DNA of 64,000 bases from NCBI GenBank assembly GCA_020137815.1, contig CM035353.1:7998001-8062000 (forward strand), in the 5' to 3' direction. This document shows, piece after piece, positions 24,791 through 38,400 of the stretch. The stretch's first letter is position 1. The number at the start of each line of letters is the position of its first letter. Below the pieces are notes generated by a model, which was not told the DNA's origin, did no database searches, and saw only the letters and a program-made list of their open reading frames with translations. The position numbers were made by a program, and so were the translations under genes. The DNA is from Hormiphora californensis (lineage: Eukaryota; Animalia; Ctenophora).

Positions 24791-26351
24791 ACACTAGGCC
24801 CCCAAATATCCTTGACCGTTGACTATTCCCGAGTCTCCCCCAATAGTCCATTATATATCCCAATCAGCAAGTACCCAAAAATTGATCTACCAACCCCCAG
24901 AGCGCACCTTCATTTTAAAAAATCTTTTTTAAAATAAATGATGGGGTGACCACCAACGAACACACCTTTTTATCATTTCCATTGCTGATCTTGGGGGGAC
25001 GGGGCAAAATTAAGATACCCTTTTTTTTGCCTCATTGGGCTTGGACTAGCGCTGCTCAAACTACTCGTCTAACAACACAAGGAATATTAGAGATAACAAG
25101 AGATGGAAAATAACAACTGGGATTCAAGGGTGGGGGCTTTTAAACTATTTGGGTTTTTATCTTTGTCTCCCCCTCCCCTCTCTCTCTCTCTTTTTCCCCT
25201 TTTTCCCCTTTTCCCCTCTTCTCTCTCACACAGTAGTATACCGTGAAACAAACGGTTAAAAGTCAATTAGGGGTTTTAACCCGTCTTTGCCTTTGGGGAC
25301 CGTGACAAGAATCACACACATTTCCCACCCCTCCCTTTCCTCAAAAAGTCGAAATCCACAGGGTCTGCTGACAGAAACCTTTCCCATGTGGACCCCTTTC
25401 CCTGTTTTTGCTTGTACCCCCCCACCCACCACTTCAGGAGTGTGCTGATGGGTTTTCCCCACCCCTCCTTTCTTTTAGGGCCCTTCCCGCCCCTGTCAAC
25501 AGGAAGGGCCCGTAAAACACGAGCCACATCTCCCTCTCTTTTCACGTGAAGCGGGCCAGTTCACAGGGTGTGAGTCCCTCATTCGATGTTTTGGGCTGAC
25601 AAAACCATCTTCCCGAAAAAAAATGTTCTCGTCCCGGGGCACGGCAGGTTGAGTGGTAGAGGATTCAATTATACTGCTTAAAAAACTTGCCGAGAGATCC
25701 GCAGCCCGTCCATACTGCACAAAAAATAAGGGCAATAAAATGGCAGCTTAACGTTTCATAAAGGGCGCATTGCACATCATTTTAATGAAGGGGGAGGCAA
25801 AAATATAAAAAATAATTACTACTTTAACTTCTGGCTACGTCGTATTCAGAGTAACTTTCTAAGAAAGATTTCAATCTATCAAAAGGGGAACTCTTTTCTA
25901 AATAAATGAAAAATTCCTTGCACAAGAGCACGATTCCACAAAGGGAAGGGGAAAGAAAATGGTAATAAAACCCCTACGTTCGGGTACTGCAGTTCTCAGA
26001 TTATGACGCTCTAATAATACCGTGCTTCAAAACAAATAACGTCATCCTTGCAATAAGGTCATATCAAAAATGGGGGTTTCAATTTTTTTTTAAAAAAAAA
26101 AAACTTTCCCCCTTCTTCCCGATGAAAAAAGTCGGGCCTTTAACCCGTAAAAAAACGTTGTGACTGCTTTGCAAATTTTGAATTGATTCCTTCAATTCAA
26201 AATTTTAAAAAACATTTTGGGACACAAAAAAAACTCATTAAAAAAAAAAATCTACTGGGACAGCGGAAACAGGGGGCCCCAAACAATTTACAAAAGTAAA
26301 AATTGGGGTTTTTGGTAAAAAGTTAAAAAAAAAATTTTTTTTCAAACCCCG

Positions 26352-26451
26352 NNNNNNNNNNNNNNNNNNNNNNNNNNNNNNNNNNNNNNNNNNNNNNNNN
26401 NNNNNNNNNNNNNNNNNNNNNNNNNNNNNNNNNNNNNNNNNNNNNNNNNNN
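26352..26451. other. Assembly gap (100 N) flanked by low-accuracy sequence ~24640-28480
   Basis: N run; the flanks are enriched in expanded homopolymers. Confidence 0.95.
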
Positions 26452-27564
26452 GATGATGATGATGATGATAGTGATAAAGGCCCCAGTAGATGAAATCCCA
26501 AAAAAACAAGTTTAACAACGGGACACAGACAACTCCCTCTCAAACCCTACCTAGCTCCCTCGCCCCCAGTAAACCACCATAGTTATAGTGGTGCTACAAC
26601 ACCCCTCCCACCTCTACTCGCCACAGCTAACAGCCCTAACTTTGCCCCCCGTCACCGTGGAAAAAAATGGGGGTTTTCCCAGGGCCCAAACCCCCCCCAA
26701 ACCCTGCAACCACCAGGCAGCAGTAAGTGAAGGGAACTGTGACTCAATGGATAATTCAGTTATTATACGAACTGTTTTGTGAAATGTGGGATTTGACGCC
26801 CAGTGATCCCACAGGCACAAAAACCAACATATTAATACCGCGAGTGACAATCACCCCCTTTTTGGGGCGCGCCATTTCACGCTGAAATTTATCCCAACGG
26901 GGCTTCCGGGGCGTGCAAAATATGGGAGGTAGGGGGGATAAAATTTTAAGAAAAGTTTCTCGCAGTTTTTTTTTACACCTTATCACACAAAAACCACACA
27001 AAATAGGACTGAAAAGGGGTCTAAAACGACACACAGTCCTGCCATTTTACACTAAACTCTCCCTCTTTCTCTTTCTTTTACCCCCTTTTCACGTTTTGTT
27101 GTTTGCTTTTTCCCAAAAATTTTAAAATTCCCCTTTTCTTTCCCTTTTCTCTCTTAAATTCCCCCTTTTTTCTTTTCACTTTTAAAACTGTAAAAAATTT
27201 GGTCCCCTTGTTTTGAAAAAGGGTGAGTATTATTTATTTTTGTGTATTTTTGTTAGTTTTGTACCTGTTTTTCACATCCTCTGTGTTTAATCCCCCCCCA
27301 AAAATTATGTTTGTTTGCTTTTTCTGTGTTTTCTGGGCGGAATTATACTCAAAAAACGCCCTTCACGCAGGGTGCAAGCGCACTATATCGCACTGGTTCC
27401 CTCGTGAAATATAGGTTAAAATTTGCACTCCATCTGCGCTGTCGTGCATTTACCCCCATATACCCCTCTGCAGTGCAGGCGAAGGGCGCCCCTTGAAATG
27501 CGTGCAAAAACGTTAGTACTTTTATAACCCCATCCTAACACCCTCTGTCTCAATCAGCACCACC

Positions 27565-29115
27565 ATGCCACTCGTGTTTGATAAGCGACCTGCACCACCT
27601 CCAGTACCAGTAGTCCCACCTCCCCCTCAACCAGAAGGAGGGATACCGCTCAAACTCCGCCAACCCTCTCCAAATACAACTTATCCTACACCCTTCTTCT
27701 CGCCCACTGATACAGATATCACAGCAGCTATCGGTATGTTGGAGACACATTGTGACATGTCATATGTGTTGGAGACAACTTCATGGTCACACCCAACAAT
27801 GGGAATTTTAAAAATTTAAAATAAAATAATCCTGTTACCCTTTTTAACCACCTCCCAATCTACTAAACCACCCCACACCTAAGTTCAAACCTCACTGAAC
27901 CCCCGCCTCAAACCCCTCACATCAAGTTTTTTAACCCCCCTATTACCACACATCTAACCACCTCCCTCCCTGTACAGGTAGTGGTTACAGAAACGGTGAT
28001 GACAAGACCTCCCCTGCCACCACGACAACCAGACCCGACCACTGGTCACGTGATAAAGATGCCAAAAAAAACCAGTTTTTAACCCCCAAGAGGGAACCCT
28101 AGACAAAGGAGAGTTTCTTTAAAGTTCAGGGGAAAGGAAAGGGGGTCTAGTGGATACCTTTTTTTGGGTTTTCCCTACCGGGAACGGGAGAAAACCAAGG
28201 GGGAAAAAACAAGGTTTAATGGGGGATTTGTTAGTTTTAGGGGTAAAAGTTGTTAGGTGGTTGATTTTTTGGGGTGATATGGGGCTCAATCCAAATTAAA
28301 CCATTCCTATTTTGTCTAGATTGTACCCGTCCTATTTTAATTCTCAACAATCTCCCTTATCAAATGAATGAGGTCAAAAAAAATTTTTTAAACCCCGGCA
28401 AAGGGAAAAAGGGCCCTTTTCCCTTTTCCAAATCCCCCATATAAAAAACCCTCCCCCCCTAAAGGGTTCGCATAACAACATCCACCTCTGGCCCTCAGGG
28501 TCGCTTCCTGGTCCAATATCCCCCGTATGTTAATAACACCACCCGTCCCATCAGGGTCGCATAACCACCACGACGAGACTAAGACAGTGAAGAAGAAGAG
28601 CACTGAGCAGTAGTGTGGGGGGAGATGATGCTAAAAGGGAGAACAAGAGACTGAGAAACAACATCACCAAGGAGCTACGGAAACCAGGACAAAGTAAGTA
28701 GCTGTTTGTACCAGGAACCGACGGAATCAGGAAATACTGGTCCCTGATAACCAGTGACCTAAATGACGAGTTATGATTGGTTGTTTACTTGATTCGGTCG
28801 GTTGCTGGTTTGTACCCAACCTCTCTCAAGAAAATTATATTGCTTGTGTAAAGGGGTGTGAAATTCTTTTATGGGGATTGGGGATGTGTGTTTCATTTAA
28901 TACGGCTGAGATTTCACTAAATCCCAGAATGGTTTTGTTATTCTAACCCCTCCTATCCTCCTCAGACTAAGACCAACTATTTTCCATGCTCGGCCAACTC
29001 AAAGGATCGAGTGAAATGTAACGAACATTTGTAAACGACGTCAGCCCAAAAGTTCAAGAAAAGAGCCCTGATAGAGAGGTTAAAAACATGGCAAAAGGAA
29101 ATTAGGGATCGATAG
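27565..29115 (+). pseudogene. INTS6: Integrator subunit 6-like C-terminal region, disrupted
   Basis: Spliced (28693/28966) translation ENKRLRNNITKELRKPGQN*DQLFSMLGQLKGSSEM*RTFVNDV / KFKKRALIERL resembles the INTS6/SAGE1/CT45 C-terminal domain. It has two TAA stops and a frameshift and is preceded by Pro-rich exon fragments. Confidence 0.6.
28712..28807. mobile_element. 96-bp hAT-type MITE
   Basis: TIRs caggaaccgacggaatca / tgattcggtcggttgctg; 8-bp TSD gtttgtac at 28704-28711 and 28808-28815. Confidence 0.8.
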
Positions 29116-30685
29116 CACAGAGCACTAGAGCAGGACATGTTATATCAAGACTGAATATTAATAAAGGGGTTAACTCTTGCTCAGATATATAATATATATG
29201 ATAAGACGATAAGTTTCTACCAGGATATTATATGTCCCTTCCCCTGATGATGTATTGAGGGGACTGGTGATGGATGTAGAGGAGTTCTTTTAAACTTTTA
29301 ATATTTGTTAATTCATTTTTTTAGAAACAGTTATACAACGCTTTTTGTATGAGTTCACCTGTCTAAACTGGATGAGGCCAAGATAATTTGTCGTTTTACC
29401 AATGAGAGCCAAGGTCTTGAGTCGCCTGACACAGTCTTTGGCGCTCCATGGTCTTGGTTGTTGTAACGCGCGCAAACACATTTGTGATGGGAGGACCACC
29501 CACTAAGCAAAGAACCCGCCCGCGCGCGAACAGGGCCTGAGCCAATTTGCTGGTCCGACTAACGAGCAATTAACAGCTAATTGGTCATTACTGATAGACT
29601 GCAAAGATAATTTTCCTGATTGATCATGTGAAGAAATGTTACACCTACCAGATCTGACTCGAAAAAGCAGAAAAAATGCTCCATGGAGGGAGTTATGGAG
29701 CATTTTTTGGAGGAAAAGGTACAAAAAACCCATTAATTGATTGAAAATTAACTGAATTAATGAAATATAACATTGATTAGCTGAACAAAAGAGTTCTTAC
29801 ACATGCTGGTAACCTCAGAATGTGTCAAAATCGGTAAAATAAAAATTTTTCAACTCGACCGGCCGTGTTCTTGCAGTCAACCCACGATTCATTAAGGGTC
29901 CAATCGGCGAAATTCCGGTTCCAGTACGTCCCAAATCGTTTCCCACAGGTGCAAGTAGCAGTTGAAATGGCTTCAAATAGTTTTTTAACCTGAAAAAAGG
30001 GTGATAAACAGCATGAAAAAAAATAAAAATCTACCTAGCCCGTAAAAAATTACACCCCCTGATAGGGGCAAGCCTAGAGATTCCGAAAAGCATCATGATA
30101 TGGCTGGGAACCTCACATAGCGCCCGCCACACCCCGAAAACAGCGCACCTATTAAAATCCTCCGAAGTATACCCTCTTTCTCTATCTCTCACTCGCCCCC
30201 ATCCCTAACTAAACGTAGCGCGCGCGATAACATGAGACTGAGAGAGACAGCGCAGGAGGATAGAAGAAAGAGGGGATATCATACCCAAGATGTCACAGGG
30301 GGGTGATCTCAAATCTTGCTATCCCGTCATCCTATTAAATACACAGGACGTTATCGAGGTACAGCAATAACAGAGGGGAAGTGAGGGGTGGCTAGAGGGG
30401 AGTAGGGGCCAGGGGTATCATGGCTCAGTAGTCAGAACCAGAAGAGTCTAGGACAAGTGATAGACCCTCGCCTAGTAGGAGGGAGACTGTAGGAATTACC
30501 ATATGACCAGCAAATATGCACTGAGCATCTGCAGCAATCGCACGACTCGCGAGTTAGAGAGGAAAACAACACACTACTGTCAATTTTACCACAAATTTAT
30601 TCAACAACAATAAACACATCATGTCCATAATCTTGGACACAAAAGCTCCCAAATTAGTGCCTAGCTCAGGGTAGAGCCGTGAGGA

Positions 30686-30769
<84 letters not shown>

Positions 30770-30790
30770 AGAGAGAGAGAGAGAGAGAGC

Positions 30791-30884
<94 letters not shown>

Positions 30885-31152
30885 ACAATGATATTATTAT
30901 CTAGAGCAACATGGAACACACAAACCTCTTATAAAATACGAACCCACACACGTGTTGAAAACAAAAAAACTCCAAATTCAAAATATACGAAGGTATTCAA
31001 AACTTTCCTCGAGTTTTCCAAAACGAAAAAACTTATTACGAATCATTGTCACGGTTTCTCTTGACAGTTGACAATTTCTTGATATTACAAGATAGTTAAT
31101 TAGTTCTCGAGTATAATGATGATCTATACTCATCACCATCATGAGTATATTT

Positions 31153-31923
31153 CTACTCATCAAGACACTGTGAGTACAGTAGCTTCCCCTCACTGCTCGA
31201 CACGTTCACCAGGTCCCCCGAACTATCACTACTACTACCACCCTCTTCTGCACCATGTGTAGGGTCATCTAGTGTTGTACCATGTGTTATAGGGTCATCT
31301 TCAGTGGGCCCTTCCCCGCTCTGAATTATATCTGGGGAGAGTTGTTTAGATGTTAACAATGTGAGAATTTTAGTGTAGAGAATGTTGGATAAAACAAGTT
31401 GCAGGACATATATCCTTTTTAGATCTAACATGACAAAACAAGTGAATAAATTGAACATTCAGTTAGAAACAATTAATTACTAAATGTGAAGCAACTCCAG
31501 AAAACTGTAAGGTGCAGCCTACTGCAGATACATGATGAAATGGCATATGAAAGGGCGGTACATTTTAGGAAGTTGAATATATGACGTCACACCCATGTGG
31601 TAATGATTCTGACCCACCCTGCAACAACATATGCAACAACAATGGGCCAGATCACTGTGATTTGGGTGGGGGCCTGGGAGTTAGCCGACAAAGAAACTAA
31701 AATCTGAGGTATGCACAAAAAGATCAACGTATAGAGAAAGAGAGATAGATATTTGTACAGAGAGATAGATAAAAGGTTTGAGAATGAAGAAAAGCAAAGC
31801 ACGTTTTAGAAGGCAATAAATAATGTTTAGCATTGGTAGACAATGTACACAGAGCCTAGCTACCATTGCCTACCAACAATGTAATGTGGACCATGTGGAG
31901 CAGAATAGAGGGACAAGGAAGAG

Positions 31924-31977
<54 letters not shown>

Positions 31978-33989
31978 TAGATAGAGATAGAGATAGAGAG
32001 AGATAGAGAGAGAGGGAGGGACAGAGATAGATAGATGATATTCGATGTTGAGGAAAGAGGCACAAGTTATATGGCCAGTCGATTGTACAAGACATGAGTG
32101 CTGCATGGGCTAAAGGAGTAATTGACAGTCTAGACACTAAATACACGCCAAGTAAATCCGTGACATCATCTCTAATAATAGGAAAACATCATCTCTAATA
32201 TTGAACAGAATGGTAAACAATGAACCACTACTCCCTCCGTCACCTGGTAGCTGCATTGAGGGGGGTGTCAGGACATCATACGACCCTGTATCCTCTCTAC
32301 TTCCCTCTTCCTCCTCCTCCTCATCCTCTTGGACTTCACTGTGGGTCTTAGGAGGGCTGGCGGCTGAAAAGATGAGGATACTAAGGGGATACGCAGGGAT
32401 AAAGGGCCGGTCGAGCAACTAGCAAGGTGAGGCCCATGGCGGGTGGGGCAGTTGGAGGGAAACATAACCAGCCCCCCCCCCCATCGACAATGTTGTTTGG
32501 CGAATGTTGAAATTGTAATTGGACACCAAACAAAAGACGTCATTTGATACAGCACAGCAGCTGCACACACCCCCCATTACAACATTACCACACACTTCAT
32601 CAGCCCCTCACAGAATACACAAACAATATGATACCCCCCCCCCCCCACAAGATATACATGTCATGATACCAACCCCCCCCACAAGATATACATGATATGG
32701 ATCATGATACACAGTGCACCCCCCTCCCCTCTAGATATAATACATCAGGATACACTCTACCCCTTTGAGATACAGATCATGATACACCCCATCTCAGATG
32801 CAGTTAACATACGTTGTGGTGTTTTGCGAATCTGCCAGGTTGGTCTAACAGCAGGGGCTCTCCCTTCCTCTCCAGTAGGTACACTAGGTACTGTAATATC
32901 ACTGCTGGGGAAAGTGTCTTTAGAGAGGAGCATCCTCCGAACTGAGTCCTAACTCTCGGCGTAAATCAGCTACTGTCCGGTGGTCCTGAAAAGTTTGTTT
33001 TCGAGGAATTTAAATAATCTTGGTTCTTAGGTTTTAAATTACATATTGAGATTAGAGCAAGAATTAAGAGTGAACTCGAAAAGGGTTTCTTAGAACCCAA
33101 ACACTACAATCATGTTCCGCTCTGACCCACATCGGATATAAGTGATACCTTGCAACTAATTTCACTGATCTGGTGTTGTTGATGATCCAGGATCTGCTGT
33201 ATCTTGTCCACCGTGTATCGCAAATCTTCCACTGACAAGACACATTCCATTAATGCGATAATATAGTTTTAAGACTAGGCTAATAAACTAAAAAGATAGT
33301 ATCCACTATCCACTAATCTGAGCAAAAAAACACCAACCTGCAGACTCAGGAGGTACTTCAGGAGAGAGTGGTGGTGCAAATTTAGGTGGCGGTTTACTGT
33401 ATTTATCCCAGAAAGTTCTCCAATTTCGTACGATCCACGGCCAGATATATTTTCTAAAGAGGGTACATTGTTCTAAATTGCCTTGCACCATCCTTTAAAA
33501 ATTAAGGAGGGAGAGAACTTGTACTTAGAACAAGTACAATATCTAAGACCGTGGCATCTGAGAAACACGAACCTGAATACTTTGTAAAGGTAATATACGG
33601 TTCCCAGGGCGACTGTTGCCGTACCAGCAATCATGAGATAAGGTGCTGCAGGACGTGATGGTTCAGATTTGTTTTTCAAATGGCCCTCATCCGCCATACA
33701 CCTGTAAAATTATACATTTACAAAATATGTCTTTGGAACAAAATAATCGTTCATCTCAGATTACAGAAGAATTGTTTAAAATTTGTACAAACCTATCCAT
33801 AATCTGGCAGTGAGTTGGACCATCTTTAGTAGACTTAGAGCTCCTACTCTTAGCGAAAGCTGCTGTGATTTCATCTTTTGTCAGTCCTTTCGTCTGCAGG
33901 AACTTCCTTTTTGAGTCGTCGGAATGGGGTGTCACCGTTGGTGACAAAAGGAATGCCTCTCCCGCTGCTACCAGACTTTCCCGTACCAT
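31153..33989 (-). CDS. PEX14: Peroxisomal membrane protein PEX14 (exons 33989-33793, 33701-33573, 33453-33338, 33231-33149, ~32986-32813, 32363-32244, 31331-31153)
   Basis: Pex14_N motif 'RESLVAAGEAFLLSPTV...KRKFLQTKGLTKDEI', then a TM segment, a coiled coil, 'ELDSVRRMLLSKDTFP...PTWQ' and an acidic tail. One extra base near 32949 shifts the frame. Confidence 0.85.
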
Positions 33990-34234
33990 TTTAAGGTAAT
34001 ACAGCGATCATAAAATGTAAAAAACTAGGGTCAAACAACGAAAAGCGGGTTTTTTTTGCGCTGATTTAAAAAAAAAACGATAATTTTTATTACTCGGATT
34101 TCAACAAATTCTTCATGCGCGCGTGAGGATATTTCCCCGCGCGCATATTGAAACTTGATGCGCGGCTAGTTATTTGCGCGTGCCAAAATTGAGGCACTCA
34201 AGAAAATTAAATCTGAAGTCTGAACTTTACGCTC

Positions 34235-34420
34235 CAGTTACAAAATTTGAAACTGACATCAGTTTCAAATTTTGTAACTGGTCCAGTTGCAGAATTGAAA
34301 CTGACATCAGTTTCAAATTGTGTAGCTGGACGCTGGTCCAGTTGCGGAGTTGAAACTGACATCAGTTTCAAATTTTGTAACTGGTCCCTAAGGGACCGGT
34401 TACAATGACCGGTCGCAGAA
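34235..34420. repeat. Three tandem palindromic units (ttgaaactgacatcagtttcaa) upstream of PEX14
   Basis: Direct repeats, each self-complementary, with related linkers. Confidence 0.8.
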
Positions 34421-35111
34421 TTTATTCTGAGCTCAGACTCAGCTGAGTGCAACTCAGTACAATTCAGTACGTGCAATGTACAATTGAAAACTCGAATTTT
34501 AAATTGATCAATAAACCACACACAATAACATCGTGCCTAAAAATTAAAGATTTGTTGACAATTGAAATAACCAAACTATAAACTGTATAGATGATAATAT
34601 CAGATTATAGGACAAACAGGACTTCCAACCTGATATGAACCAAGGCAACCATTTTATCTTCGATATAAAACAACAATTTTATTTATCATCTTGATACCTT
34701 CATCACTTCTCGCCAGAATATCACTTCAAATATGGAATTGGATTGACTGCTGATAAAATGCAGTAATTGGATTTCTAAAAATTGAGAATAACTTACAATA
34801 TAACCTATACACCAAGAGGGACCTATGAGTCTGACAGGAGTACTCTTGCAGTTGTAATCGAGAACTCTGGTACATATTGGATTGACTCAAGGGCGAAATT
34901 TATAAAATATAATCATCCTTCTTCCTAGTAGTATCCACGGTTACTTGAAGCGTAAGTAAAATAACGTTTTAATACTCCCCCATAACAAAACTAATTATTG
35001 AAAATACATGCACACATAACTACCTGACAGACAAACAACAACAAACCTACGAACAAACAAACTAACAGACGAATTTCCTGTCCCACTCCTTTTTTGATTC
35101 CTTTACTGTTA

Positions 35112-35375
35112 CTCTCTGTCTCTGTCTCTGTCTCTGTCTCTGTCTCTGTTTCTGTTTCTGTTTCTGTTTCTGTTTCTGTTTCTGTCTCTGTCTCTGTCTC
35201 TGTCTCTGTCTCTGTCTCTGTCTCTGTCTCTGTCTGAGTCTCTGTTTCTGTTTCTGTCTCTGTCTCTGTCTCTGTCTCCGTCTCTGTCTCTGTCTCTGTC
35301 TCTGTCTCTGTCTCTGTCTCTGTCTCTGTCACTGTCACTGTCAATGTCTCTCTGTCCCTCTGTCTCTGTCTCTCT
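35112..35375. repeat. (TCTCTG)n microsatellite
   Basis: Hexanucleotide run. Confidence 0.95.
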
Positions 35376-35456
35376 CCCGCACTACTTCATTTTATTAACC
35401 GAAGCTGCACCACAGTCTAATATACCCGGCCTGACTCTCATCACACAGTGTCCCAG

Positions 35457-38400
35457 TTAGATATTCTTGTGGTTGGATGAGTTGTCCAGGGACGGGGGTC
35501 CGACGGAGGTATCAACTGTAACATCATCCGGCTGCGTTATCTGCTGCAGAAGCTGCCTGGAGGAGGGGGAACATTCGGTCAGTCACCTCAATAAGAGGGG
35601 GTTAGATCATTACAAAGTAATGAATGAATAGAGCTGTGATTAGTTGGAGATCAATGATCTAATACAGATCAAGATAGGTAATCGATCACTATTATTATTG
35701 GAAAAAGGAAACAAAATCTCTACACTAAACTAAGAGGAAACAACAAATTCAATGATCTAAACTATCAAGATAAAATCAAACTAAAGCACTCACTTGTGGT
35801 GAACCATCATATCGGTGGGTGTGGTTGGTGTGGCGCTGGTGGCTAGAGCAGAGCTGGAATCACGGAGTAGGGCGTTCACTTGGTAGGAAGCTGAACCGGG
35901 ATGGATTGATGTGGCCGTACGGAGACCCCCTGTCATACACTGCAAAACAAAGGGAGATGAAATCGAGGAATATTTCATGATGGGACCATCATTTTCTTGT
36001 CTTGATCCCATAACTGAGAACATCAGTCTGTACTCTGTACAATCTATAACCCCCAATTATCGTTACCTTATAACTAGCTGAGTCGAGGAGCTGACGCTTC
36101 CTATCCTCCATGACATGGTGTGTGGCGACAGTGGCAGCAGGCTGAGCACTGGGGAAAGGTGCCATTCCCGTGTAAACTGTGTGGAGGTTTCATTTATAAT
36201 ACATGTGATTTGGGTAAATAATCGGGCCAACCAGGAATTTTGGGGGGGCAAGCTAATTCCTTCACTAATAGTTAGTCTAAAGGGTCCTTATTCACCAAAA
36301 AAAAGTTTTAAATCTGAAGTGGTGGGGAAGACCTCTATAATTGGCCTTAATTGGCGGTAATTGGGTATTCCCCTAACTTGGCTAAGAAATGGAGTAGAGA
36401 CAAAAATAAGGACACTAAAATGTGTAGAATCATCACATTATAGGGGATAGAGACCATTACTGAGTCGATATCTCCAATACTAATTGAGATAATTGAGTTA
36501 ATTGGATAATTCATGCCGCGCATGGTTGCCAAATACAAATCGTCTTAGAATAGGAGTAGAAATGAAAATAGGGACACTAAACTGTGCAGCGTCCTCGCAT
36601 TAGTGGGGGTAGACACCCATGAAAAGTTCCTATCTCAATTGGTTAATTGGATAATTGGATAATTAGATATGCGCATAGCCGTATTAGCCTATTAGATACT
36701 CAGCAGACCATATATACGATACACTGAGATTCTAAGAGCCTCCTGCATACCCCTAGTACCCTCCTAAACACCCCTCAGACCCTGCTAGATACCTATTACA
36801 CTCCATTAGATGCCCCTCGAAGCTTCCTAGATAGCCCTTACAGCTCATTGGGTAACCCTTCTACCGTCCTATACACCCCTCAGACCCTGCTAGATGCATT
36901 TTAGATCTTCCTAGATACCCCTAAAACTCTCCATGATACACATTAGACTGTACTAGATACCCCTTAGACCCTGTTACATACCCCTAAAATCCTTCTAGAT
37001 ACCCCTCAGATCTTCATGGATACCTTCACAGCTCCTTAGATAGCCATTTTACCCCTCTAGATACCCATCTGACCCTGCTAGAAACATATCAGATCTTGCT
37101 AGGTACCCCTGAACCCCCCAAAGATACCCCCAGTAGCTACTAGAAACCCCCTTAGACCTCATTAGATATCTGTCAGACCCTTCTAGATACCCCTCCAGCT
37201 CCTTAGATAAGCCTGTTACCCTCCTAGATACCCCTCAGACCATGGGCTTGTTAGATACCCATTACACCCCTCAAGAGCTTCATAGATACCCCTCACAGCT
37301 TTTTAGACGCCCTAATGACTCCTAGACACCCCCATACACCTGAAACCCTCCATTAGATAGTGCTCTGAGGTCTGAGGGGTGTCTAAGAAGCTCCGAGGGG
37401 TATCTAGAAGGATCTGAGGGGTATCTGATAGTGTCTAAGGGGTATATAGTAGAGTCGGAGAGGTATCTTGGAGGGTTTTAGGGGTATCTAGTAGGGTCTG
37501 CGTTGTGTGGCTCACACCCCTTGGGAGGGTTCGGTAGATCAAAGTCTGAGGGGTGTCTAGGAGGCTAATAGGATTAATAGGAGCTGTGAGGGGTATGTAT
37601 ATCAAGCTTTGCATTGAGGCTTGAGGGGCATCTAATAGGGTATGATGGGTATCTACTATGTATATAGTAGGCCCAGGGTCAGGTATGAAGCTCTGAAGGT
37701 TATCTAGAAGGGTCAGATAGGTATCCGACTATACACCCTACACCATCAGATACCCCTCAGATTCTTCTAGATACCCCTCAGAGCTTCCTAGACACCCTTC
37801 ACTCCTCAGAGCGCTATCTAATGGAGGGTTTCAGGGGTATGGGTGTGTCTGGGAGTCTATTAGGCTATCAAAAAAGTTGTGAGGGGTATCTAGGAAGCTC
37901 TTGAGGGGCTTGAAGGTTATTTAATAGGGTGTAATGGGTATCTAAGAAGCCCAGGGTCTGAGGGGTGTCTTGGATGGTAATAGGCTTATCTATTATCTAA
38001 GGAGCTGGAGGGGTATCTAGAAGGGTCTGACAGATATCTAATGGGGTCTAAGGGGGTATGAATCTAGTAGATTCTGATTTCTGGGGGTATCTTTGGGGGT
38101 TCAGGGGTATCTAGCAAGATCTGATATGTATCTAGCAGGGTCTGATGGGTATCTAGAGGGGTAAAATGGCTATCTAAGGAGCTGTGAAGGTATCTAGGGA
38201 GCTGTGAGGGGTATCTAATGATGTTTGATTGGTATCTTTTATGGTCTGAGATCTGAGGAGTGCCCAGGAAGGTACTAGGGGTATCTATGAAGATCTGAGG
38301 GGTAGAAGGATTTTAGGGGTATCTAACGGGGTCTAAGGGGTATCTAGTACAGTCTAATGTGTATCATGGAGAGTTTTAGGGGTATCTAGGAAGATCTAAA

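Noticed and set aside
28968-29021. TAA reassignment (alternative genetic code)
   Set aside because: Neighbouring genes terminate at TAA and long ORFs contain no internal TAA.
34235-34420. Palindromic repeats with linkers as a CRISPR array
   Set aside because: Only three units, linkers are related to each other, no cas genes.
34991-35344. (ET)n and (ER)n/(LS)n repeat proteins
   Set aside because: Translations of microsatellites.
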